Assembly (NCBI GenBank): GCA_964016885.1
Contig: OZ024745.1
Span: 38,564,001-38,628,000, forward strand
Length of the DNA stretch: 64,000 nucleotides
From: Eledone cirrhosa
Taxonomy: Eukaryota
Direction of reading: 5' to 3'
The notes beneath the pieces were generated by a model. That model saw nothing but the letters and a program-made list of their open reading frames with translations, was not told the DNA's origin and made no database searches. This document shows positions 53,045 through 64,000 of this stretch, piece by piece; within the stretch, counting starts at the first letter, position 1; every line of letters begins with the position of its first letter. A program made the position numbers and the translations under genes.

Positions 53045-53110
53045 GAAGGCGCATGGCTTAATAGTTAGAGCTTGCAATCGGTTGTGGGTTCAATTCTCGG
53101 ACCGGGTGAT
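53045..53110 (+). mobile_element. tRNA-like SINE head (second SINE family)
   Basis: gaaggcgcatggcttaatagttagagc (A box) .. gggttcaattctc (B box). Confidence 0.6.
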
Positions 53111-53285
53111 GTATACGATGCTAGCGATATCTAATAAGCTTGAAACTTGTACATCGTTCCTGTGTCAGTGTTGAACAAAAAGTTGACGTGGTTGCCTAAA
53201 CACTGTACGGCGTAATTTGGTGTTTTTGTTTGTTTACAAACAAACCGAGAATTATAATAAATGTTCGGTAAACCGATACGTGCAT
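53111..53285 (+). mobile_element. Diverged copy of the 430 bp hammerhead unit; motif at 53116-53156 with mutated core
   Basis: Reverse complement of ~21828-21996; cgaug CUAGCGA..GAAA cuug UA caucg. Confidence 0.75.
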
Positions 53286-53309
53286 TAAGAAAAACAAATT
53301 TAAAAACAA

Positions 53310-53720
53310 ACGTGGGATATGTTGAGATAGATGGCACTAAGGAATACTTGTGGAACATAAAAATAAAAACTGCCATTAAAGTTAAAGAACAACCGGCCTG
53401 ATATTGTGTTTTGGAACCATTCGTTGAAAACGTGCCCTGTTGTAGAGATCAACTGCCCACTTAATGTCAACGTAATAAAAAAATAAGGAGTATATCTGCG
53501 GACCAGTGATATGGAGTTTGCAGTTCCAGTATACAAGATACACCTTCAGCTTCATTCCCATTATTGCTGGAGATACAATTTATATATCAACCTGTTTGAA
53601 CCAAAGTATGAATGGACTAGGATCTGTGGACAAAGAGCGCAGCTCCCTAATTACAAATGACCACGATAGCTGGGATCTTCAAAATTCGCAAAACATCCTT
53701 GCGGTTCATTCAAAAGTTCA
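53310..53720 (+). pseudogene. Decayed restriction-like endonuclease 3' end of an R4-type retrotransposon
   Basis: EYLWNIKIKT / NNRPDIVFWN..CPVVEINCP.NVN / YTFSFIPIIAG. Confidence 0.65.
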
Positions 53721-55164
53721 TTCCATGTTTCATTGAATGAGCGAGGAGAACTGTAATTAATTTGATTTGTATTATCGCTTTACAACACAACTTCTGTTGA
53801 TTTCTAAACAATATATACATCTGTGTATGTGTGTATATATGTTGTATGATGAAGTGTAATCCATTTGCTTCGTTTCCTAAATGTTTGTGAAACAGATTGA
53901 AGTGAGCATGATTGGATAGACAATATAATTGCTGCACTCATGATATTTATAACAAGCACATCTGCAATGAATTTGGTGAAATGACTGGTTATTATAACAA
54001 AGGAAATTACGCACGTATTTTAAAACGCATACATTTCTAATATCCTAATTCAGGAGTTATTTTCAGTCATTAGCCCCCTTTTCAAAAAAAAAAAAAAGCC
54101 TGCAAAACACAGGGATGGCAATTAGAAGATGTATAGTGTCCTTGAAGGTTTGAAAATATATATTGTTTTGTTCAATCATATGTATATGCAGTATTCACTC
54201 ACTTTTTCGAGGTCTCTGAACTATCAGAGTAGAAATAATGTTATCTTCTGATCGTAATATGTTTGGAAGGCCGAGATTAGCGGACGTCATTATAAAGGAT
54301 TTTACACCGGACATTCTAGTAATTATGCCCCGTGCGACGTGCTTCTACTCAGTGTCTATCTACGTAATTTTACTCAGGAACGTATTACCTAACTTAGGTT
54401 AAGGTGAAATATTTGCCTCTGTTCTACGGAATGAAACAAAACCTTATTCTTCGTAGTTGCAAAGCGGTCATCTTAACTAATTAACCAGGTCGAATGATAA
54501 AGTCTTGCAATAAAAGCAATGGATGAGACAAAGAAGATAAACAGTTTGTCTGTGAAGAAGTCATTACAATTTTGCGTAAATGTAATTGTAGTATATTGTC
54601 TGTTCCTATTTGAGGAGTTAACTCTACTGATATCACAAATCTATCTACATATGAAGACATCATATGATCTCACATTGTTGCTGTGTATTCACATAGCAAC
54701 AAATGTACATAATGAAATAATCGACTCAGGATATACATGTATGTACATTAGGAAATTTCAAGTAGATTCCATTAATGAAACCCTAAACATCTATAGAACC
54801 TATATATATATATTTAGCACGTGTATATATATAAATATATGTATATTCTCACATGAAACTTAAAACATACAGATCCACATATTCAATGGCATCCATACTT
54901 ACAATCACATATAAACCCATACGTAGATATGTACCTAATTCATTTTAACATTTTTCTAATGAAAGAGGTTAGTTGCAATCGTAGAAATCGGCACTGTCTA
55001 ATCGTGGGAAATAAAACATATTAAACCGGAAGCCACATACATACAGCCATCCATCCATACTACAGACATATATACATACATATATACATACATGCATGCA
55101 GGCATGCATACTTATTCACAAATTCACTAAAATTTGATCTCACAAAAAAATATGTCCAGAAATA

Positions 55165-55560
55165 TCTCCCAACTTTTCTTTGTCGCTGCCCTGAAGTTGA
55201 TTGGGCCCAATATCAATCACATCAAAATGCTACTCGAACCCATTACCTAACATTCTACAGATATGGGAATGAAATATTTGACAATATCAAGTGGAAAATA
55301 CGAACCCTCACCTGAAAATCTAATGATGAGCACCGACGGTACAATCTCAACAGTTATCTAACAATTATAGTGTCCGTTGACATTTTGCGAACGTCACGTA
55401 TAATAGACCCATATATAAGGAAAAGACCAGGAATGAAAGCCTCAAGGGAGTAAAGTCAAATGATCATCAGCATTCACAGCGTACAAGAAGCATATTGCCC
55501 ATAAGTCTTTTACTGTTCCCATATTAATGCCTACATTTGACCTGCTGAACAGGTCATTGC
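55165..55560 (+). pseudogene. Decayed R4-type RT fragment
   Basis: LKLIGPNINHIKMLLEPIT*HSTDMGMK and AYKKHIAHKSFTVPILMPTFDLL resemble post-YxDD R4 RT segments. Confidence 0.5.
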
Positions 55561-55892
55561 TTAATGTTATTATATTTAGTTGCAAATTTTCTTATGAATT
55601 AAAGAGAGGATATAGCGTCGGATATACATCAGAAAAAATTATTTTGTCTCAGATTTATAATGCGACCGAGGTTTAATTTGGCGTTGATACTTCAGAGTTA
55701 GATAAATCAATTAAGATTTCAAGGCGGAGGATGATGAAATCATTAGAAACATTTATTTGTTGTCTTAGCGTATCTATTTTTGCCCTCAGCATTCTGACTT
55801 CGGAAATTTTGTAGTGATTCACATTTTGCCGTCAACCAGTCTCAGTCCCTCAAAAATGAGACGACAGTTTACTATAATCGCTGTAATTAACA

Positions 55893-56053
55893 GAGGGGTG
55901 TTGAATTTGTAGAATCGTTGGAATGGCGCATGGAATTATTTGCGGGTTTCCTTCAGGATTCCACTTAGTTGACTTAAATTCGACCGAAGTCAACTTTAAC
56001 TTTCGTCCATTGAAGGTCGATAAAAAAGTACCAGTCTAGCACTGGGGTCGATA
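55893..56053 (+). mobile_element. Degenerate SINE copy
   Basis: gtagaatcgttgg..aactttcgtcc..ggtcgataaaaaagtaccagtctagcactggggtcgat. Confidence 0.65.
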
Positions 56054-59000
56054 CGTTTCCATCTCTCTCAATTCTAGATTCCTACTTTTCTCCTATTCTG
56101 GAAGACATCTGCTGTGTTTACAGCCGGATGGGCCTCACCAGTCATATAGTAGATAAGAAACACCCCTACGACTCCCTCGGGAATAACGGGACCATGCATG
56201 CATGCAATTTGCAGAGAATATATATCCAGTTGTCTACTAGTAGTGGTAAAATGATATTGTTTATTGTAACACGCAAACAAACACATTTATTTACTCATAT
56301 GTGTTCGTTTAAGTGTATGTATGAATTGAATATATACTGCATTAGTAATGTATATTCAACATGTCATTCATTCATAGCGACATATATATGAATGTATGTG
56401 TGTTTCAGTGTTGGTGTATGAATACATATGTGTGTATAGATGAATCATTGCATGTGTGAGCAAGTATGTATATACGTGTGTATGCCTACGTACTTTGTAT
56501 AAAAATGACGATGCTTGAACATGATTTGGATGAGAATAAAAAAAAACTGTTATTGCAAGTAATTACAATGGGAAAATTCCTCCCCATGCAATTTAAAATG
56601 CAAGACGATTCGTTAACTCTCTTGTATAATTCGTTACCTTCTGAGTAATTATATTCGTGCTAAATATTTAAATATAATTAGTTACTGCATTATGTTCTCA
56701 AAATGTATGACGAAATGGCTGAATAGTGAAGATGTTCGCTCAGCAATCATGAGATCATGGATCCATGGCATTTTGAGAGGTGCTTTTAAATTAGTCTATT
56801 GTTTAACGGTACACAAATTGTATAAAATTCCGTCGGATGGATTGTACCTTAATTTTAATAGTCCTTGTTTTTACTTTGTGTCATTGCGATTCAGCTTTAC
56901 AATTAGTTTAATCATAGAGGTGGCAACCACTTATAAGTTTATTCATGATGATCCATTAGATATTCTTGTAGTATGTGAATATATGTATGGTTAACTGTTG
57001 AAATTTTCGTCTATGAGAACATTTTCAGAGAATCGCCTTTAAAAATCTCTAGGAAGCGTCAGTACCTAGTTTCTTCAATTGCTGAATAAAAGGTCAAATC
57101 CCAGCCTGCCAAATTAAAAAAATACATTAATCATATTAGATAGTACAATACTACGTGAGTGTCACCGCTGTAATACCTGTGATGAGAGCAAACAAAAGTG
57201 TTAGTAAAGAAGTGCGTACTGATTGATTGACGAGTCTAAGTACGATATAATATTTGTTAACAGGCGGGGAAGGATAGAGGGTATCATTTTATTTAGTTTT
57301 ACTCTTTTACTAGTTTCATATAAGAATCTGCCACCTCGCAAACATACTGTCGTCGGAGGATTTAGAAGTACATGTTTTCTTTATTACTTACACTTAATTT
57401 ATCGAATTCTGTTTGTTGAACTGATAAGTTACGGAAAACATAAACAGTGAGAAAACGTAAAAAGACAGATATATATAAAGCAAACTCGCACTAATACACA
57501 CCATTACACTCATATTAGATGGGATTCTGCACACTTGCCATCGAGAATATTTTAATAACATAACTAAACTATGTTTCACTACCCATACAATATAAAGAAG
57601 ATAAGAAGTCAATTTACGTTGCATCTAATAGCATATTCCCAATAAATATAATTCCAATTGTGCTTTGTCCTCGGGTTGCTGCAACAAATCTTGGGTGAGG
57701 TGCATCAAATATATGTTGGAAACACCGATGTATATCTCAGTAACTGTTCTTTGCGTCAATGCATTCATCATATTCTCTGCTTGGTGCAGGAGCTGAGATG
57801 TGTCATCCAGCATTTACGAATTACATTTTTAGCATTTCTCAATTAAATATTTCGGGCCTTCTAAAGCAAACAGTTTTATAAAACGATTAGTGTGCCCCCC
57901 CCCCCCCCCCCAAAAAAAAAGAAAGAAAAGAAAAGCATATTCCGAATTGGCTTATCATTAGGCAGTATCATGTGTTTTTATGTATATTTGGCTACACTTT
58001 GCAACAAATATGTAACAGTAACAGAGAGGACGTCATTTGATTGGTTCCATGGCATAGAACATAGCCTAAAGTTGTTACATATTCATTAATTCGTGACTAA
58101 AGCACCCATTAACGCAAATATGTCTTGCTAAGCATTGTCTTTAACGATAATAGCAAAGCACAAATTAATATACTTAATTTGATCAGGTTAATTTTATAGC
58201 TGTGTGCTATTTAATTCTACAATCTAAAATGTATCGTATTTGACAAATGTATTCGTTTATTTTATTAATAATTAATTAGTCATAATCTTTTCCCTTATTC
58301 TTTTCTCAAAACTTTGATATTTGATGGAGCAATAAACACTCTGTAAAAGCTTTGTTAATTCATCCACTAACAGACGCGGCTTCCAATAAGGTATCACGTG
58401 AGGCAGACATTGATTAAATTAATTTGAACTTTGATGAGCATGAAACGGTTTTCCCCTCGAGATCCACACATTCCTTTTTCCGTCTAGCAAATTTCACACA
58501 CGATACTTAGGTTGCTTACACTTTGTGTGAATTTCTTAGCTACTTAACGATGCTTGCATTTATACATCCCCTCCTCTAATCCTGGGTGGAACACATATTC
58601 TATATACTGCTTCATTTCCAGCACCTAGCATTTGTGTGCCTATAGTAGAGTCCACTCTGTTGTATGTATTTTCAACATATTTGGAGTTTGATTAAAACTT
58701 GATATTTGGGTATGAAAATGCAGCACTCATTAACAATTGCTTTTCGACCTCGCAAAGGTGCTCAAACATTGACAACTGATGAGGTGGGCAAGAGTAATCC
58801 ATAGTATGCTGGTGATTTCTAATTGAGCAACAAATAATCATAGTTGATCATTAATATCAAACGTCGCTCTGATCTTCATGTAAACATATAAATTCAATTT
58901 GAGGAACTAAGCTTCCATTTTTTATAATTTATCACCTCCTTTTCTTCAGTTTTGCTAACATCGTTTATTTAAAAAAATTATTACATTCCATTTTGCTGTT

Positions 59001-60267
59001 AAACGTTCTAAGGAAAATAAATTATCTCAAAATTGCCACGTTTACACACTGACCTATTCGAACCGTCGCACAGAACAAGATTTATCTAGACATGATTTAT
59101 CCGACTACACGATTACAAGCTTCTTATGCATAATGTCACTGTCATGTCAAGATATAGACATACAATGCAATTTAGCCATTACCTTCTTCTAAACAAAATC
59201 ACTCTAGAGATTATAGATTAAGCAGCAGATGGAATTAAAGAAGAACATTCATATGGTTTAAATCATAGTATTTAAGTGGTTAGTTTAATAATGTATAATT
59301 TGAAGTGAACCCGAGTGTATGAATATTTATAGCAACATACAATATAATATTGAAATTAAATTCCTTTGCTTTACTCTTGGGATGCGTCAGTTTAATTCTT
59401 AGCAAAATTTAAAGTGGTGTGTTAGAAAATTAAATTTATATTTTCTACAGAGAATTCACATGAAATTATACATTGTTTAGAGTTCCTAATGTAGATTCAA
59501 TAATGGGGAGATTGTCTTTTTTCTATATTTTGAAATCTTGACTTTCACCTAAATGAATGAATTAACTTTGGGAGAGGAATTCACAATATTTTGAATTTGC
59601 CTCAAATTTTCTTTCAGTGTCGCTACTAATTGCCGCTAAGTTTTATTTCTCCTATTAGGAGACAGGTTTTAGAAAATTATTTTTTTAAGTACGGTATTCA
59701 ATACATCTCCACTTATACCATTATACAAAAAAATATGTTTTTCAATTAGCACATAGTATTATCTAATTAAACTAATTATACTGACTTAAAATGATGTGCA
59801 ATTCTTTTCAACAAGAAAATATATGCGTCAATAGATATAAAAGATGTATTAAAAGTATATCATGCTAATAATGTCCTCACCTTTCCCATGCATCCGTATG
59901 TATTTCAGAATTGCCTCTACCCGTATATATTAACTTTCAATGATTCTTTTTATCCGAAAAAATCTACCCTTCTCGTTCAGTGTCATTAACTATTTCTAGT
60001 AGGATTGTGTTACCTTTCTAAGAGTAAGAGGAAACTTTCGATTACAAATAATATTTTTGAGCGGGCTATTATATTATAACACCCCGTAAATAAATTATGC
60101 AGCTTCATGATCATTGCCTATAAGAATTATGCCACTTGTCACAGGTTATTTCTTAATTATACAAATTATACATAAACAAATATAATACGCATTACTTTTT
60201 CTATATGTAGCAATATTTGATGAATTTCGAGACATATTTGAGTTAAATATACTACGCCGATGAAGAA

Positions 60268-60460
60268 TACCAGTAATTTTGGGGGAAGGGAAAGTCGATT
60301 GAACGACCCCAGTACATTACTGGTGCTTTATTTTATCGACCATGTAAGGGTGAAAGGCAAAGTTAACCTCGGCGTGATGTGAACTCAGAGCGTAAAGGTC
60401 CGTAACTCTATGCAGTACATCATGGTGTCCTATTCTCTACCCATACTACCAATCCACCGC
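60268..60460 (-). mobile_element. SINE copy (minus strand)
   Basis: ttttatcgacc..tgaaaggcaaagttaacctcggcg..tgaactcag..ccaatccaccgc. Confidence 0.85.
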
Positions 60461-60698
60461 TCTAAGTCGATGAACAATATTAAAACGAAATATATCCAGA
60501 GCGCCCACTTGCAAATTAACAGGGTTAACTGAAAATTAATTTCAGCGATGGATTTTTAATTTCAACAAGTTATCTCTCCATTTCTTTAAAGGTACACATA
60601 ATTGACACTGGGGTTTAAGTTTTCTAAGAAATGTCAATAAATTGTGGTTTACTTACAACATTTAGAACATCATCACTTAACGAAAAAAGAAGCTCACA

Positions 60699-60762
<64 letters not shown>

Positions 60763-63041
60763 CATACAGACACAATAGGTGATGAACAAAATAACGATGA
60801 CCATTTGACAATTAATATTATCTAAATCAGTTCTAACTGGAATTGAAAGCAAGTCATAGAATTAACATGTTGAAAACATACCAACGACATCAACAACATA
60901 CTACGTTATATGAATATAGAAAAGTGACAATTTCTAAAAATGAAAATATGAATATCTAATAAATTATAAAAGTAGAGTAACAGTCAACAAAACTGATATA
61001 ACACGACATTAAAACGATTTTTTTATACTCTCAACATTAATTGATAACGACATTATTTTATGTTATATCCCATCACCTGCAGATAACAACTTAAATTTTC
61101 TTTGAAATGAAATCGACTGAAAATATTAAAACGACATCCGTTCGACAGCGATCAAATTCGTTCCGAGTGGCTTAGTTTTCGTTTTGAATTTATTCCTTTT
61201 ATATATTTTTTAAATGTTAAGTTAATATTTTGATGAGTAGTTTTGAATTGCATTACAGAGAAATAGTGTAAGATCCTGGCTACTGAAAGCAGAGTTGAAC
61301 AACATTAATACCGGTTATCAATTAGTGCAGACGTTATCTCTTGAGAAACAATGATTCTATAATCATATTCAATGTATTTAAAAAGAGAGAAATAAGCAAT
61401 ACTCATCGACACAGAGTCACCGTCTGGTTTCGAATGAAAATTGGAACTCACGTTTGCAAGAAAATAATGGACATAATTATTTGTACATTCTCAGCCTCAC
61501 AATTAGACCGCACATCGTGCAGAATCGTTAGAAGGTCAGATAGAATGATTCACGGAATTATGCGAAGCGTTTATTCGGGCAAGTATAAAAACCAAAGTTG
61601 GCTGACATTATCTACATGATATTTCGTTTGTTGCAAGGCGAAGAAGTCTACGTGTTAATTAATTATTTAGTCTTTTCTGATTGAAGGGGAATAACTGTTG
61701 TTAATTTCATGTTTATTTTGTTATGCTTATTTTTATTATATTAATGTGTCCCAAATAGTTCCACCCATACAACCTCCACCTCATGCAATACATCATAGAA
61801 AGGATAGCTAGGTAGCCTTGCAGAGTTGGGGCCCTGATCGACTTAGATTAATTGAAACTTTCGATATCGTCGAGCATTGATATATGGTGGCAGTCTTCAA
61901 GACAGCCGCCTTCAGGGTCATTTTCAGAGGCCGTGCAATACAAATGGCAATGTGGTAGGAGTGATCGGTTACTTATCAGAATCCTTCAACATCATTCGCT
62001 CGGTCCTCGGTCTATCAAGTTTTTCTACTCTCTAACAAGCTCCTTCATTGCAGCATTGTACATTTTAATCCCAAATGTATTCATTTTGTTCTTCTGAAAC
62101 TTAGGTAGTTTGTCTCTATTTGTCATGCTGTTACATAAGTTTTATTTAATTCGCTGACAATGTCTTATGCAATGTCTTGTGCATTGCCTACTAGAATTCT
62201 ATTATCATTTTCATTATCCACAGCAGCTTTTTCCCTGTAGTTTTTCTTCACCAATACTCCTATTCTGTTCGACTTCGTCAATTTTCTTGTTGATTTTTTT
62301 TTCTTCAGATATGTTATCAATGGTTACTGCCGGTACAAATATTTATATGTGTATCCTATTACAGGCAGACATTTTTGCTGACCAGTTTCCTCCATTCTGT
62401 GTACGTTTGTTTTGTAACATTTGATTTTGGGTTGTTTAATGCCATATAGAATGCTGTCATAACATATTTATATCCCTCCCATTTCTATTTTTTCTGATTT
62501 CGAGTGTTATTTGTTAGTGTTTGTTCTACTGGCTAGGGATTTCCAGGTTCTGCTGACCTTTTACTGTTAGATGGAACGGCTAAAATGTTGACTTTTTTTA
62601 TCCTAGCCTGCTGTATTAATGGGAGATTCGATCCATAGTAACCTGCGTAATGGATGATGCAGTATAATTTAGGAGATTTAGGTATTTTGAACGAATTAAT
62701 TCTGTTTTATATTCAAGGTTTTATATTATGGCAAGGTGTTTTATATTCGTATGCTGCACAAAACAGGTTTGCTTACAGAAGCTTAGACGTGTCTGTCCTC
62801 ATTGAGGTGTGGTTATCTGCGCTGGCCACCATCCCAGCAGCGTCCGTCTAAAGGAAAAATATAACAAACCCCGGTTAAGGTTTGAGAGCCTAATGTAAGT
62901 GATCATTATCAATATATAAAAAAATAATCATAATCATCACCATTAAAGGAATTGTTTTAAATATAATTGTTTTCCGTGATGTGTTAAGATTTGTGTTGTA
63001 GTGGTGATGGTGACTGTTGGGTTGTGGTAATTGTTATTACT

Positions 63042-63147
63042 CGAGGTTAACTCCAAACCTTCATCCTTACGTGCTCAACAAACCACTGGGGTCGATTTTA
63101 TCCCGTCCCTTCAAATTGCTGTAGACCTTGTGCCAAATGTAGAATTC
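63042..63147 (+). mobile_element. Partial SINE copy
   Basis: cgaggttaac..ccttcatccttacg..cactggggtcgat..ccttgtgccaaatgtagaa. Confidence 0.65.
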
Positions 63148-63727
63148 ATTATTACTTTGAAAGATGACGGTGTTTTGGAACAGACATAGAACATTCCAAT
63201 ATATTTTTAACGTTATGGGTACAAATTGGGTTTATGGTTTGGATTTCCCATTGACCATCAGCATAGAGTGTGTCGATAGATTGTTATATCATCTGACAAC
63301 TATATCCTACCCATATCTACACCTGTGCCCAATTTACAAACCTGAACTGTAATTTCGTTCTTTTGATGAATCTATTTTGATATTTGCTAAACTTCCAGCA
63401 CACTCGTTAACTTTGTATAAAATGTTTCTGGGTGAAACACTTAACCGTGGGAATGATTCCCAAATCCTGTAATGTTGTATCTGTTTTCTGTTTATTACAA
63501 TATCGCTCTAAAATAAAGAAGTTTGGCTCTGCATTTACCCATATATGTATCCCATTAACCTCTATTTGTTACCCATTAGTTTCTATACTATATTTCCATG
63601 AACAAACTAATACACCTTAGTTTAATTATAATCCCAGATTAAAGCTTCTGCTGCCAATAAAGTAAAGAAAGATTGGAGTAAGTTCAATGAAATGAATAAT
63701 TTTATTTACAAACATGATACCAGGACA

Positions 63728-63950
63728 TTTTATTTGCTGATCTGAAGTCGCATTCCAACTTAACCCCAAAGTCCTCCCATGTCGTACCCATTGACGCCTT
63801 TACTGTCTCTGCTGCGATCTTAATGGCTGACTATCTCCGCTGCTATTCCTCGTGCCTGACTGTCTCGACTGCGTAATAAACATGCCTCAACCACACCTGC
63901 TATCATGAACGCCTCTCCAGAGATGTGCATCCTGATGCTGCTCATGCAGA
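63728..63950 (-). pseudogene. RTE-type LINE ORF fragment
   Basis: Minus strand AAETVKASMGTTWEDFGVKLECDFRSAN resembles the RTE AK..WEEFG..ME.DF..A segment. Confidence 0.5.
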
Positions 63951-64000
63951 CCAATGAGTAAATGAAAACGAAAGCTTATCTAAAAAAAAACCCCTTGACA

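Noticed and set aside
57625-57813. Coding-looking 62 aa ORF
   Set aside because: Short, with no clear family or splice signals.
61800-62700. Possible ancient LINE remnant on the minus strand
   Set aside because: Too decayed to recover diagnostic motifs.

Overview
AT-rich, microsatellite-dense eukaryotic intergenic or intronic DNA. The repeated tRNA-type SINE resembles those I recall from octopod cephalopod genomes; that assignment is inferred, not searched. No host gene can be supported, and most track ORFs are microsatellite or antisense artefacts. Real coding remnants are all retroelements: R4/Dong-type non-LTR elements (one near full length but frameshifted, 25.3-28.9 kb), Penelope-like elements (RT plus GIY-YIG, several of Naiad type), and Tx1/L1 and RTE fragments. 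The main hidden signal is non-coding. By eye I find about 20 type-I hammerhead ribozyme motifs in about 12 unrelated families, some intact and many decayed. They sit in Penelope 3' UTRs and in ORF-less 430-545 bp tandem units (retrozyme-like), usually with an inverted 5' copy and (TA)n flanks. Several insertions are fold-back palindromes centred exactly on the hammerhead stem II loop, which suggests hairpin self-priming during integration. Element boundaries are approximate, and all folds were read manually.
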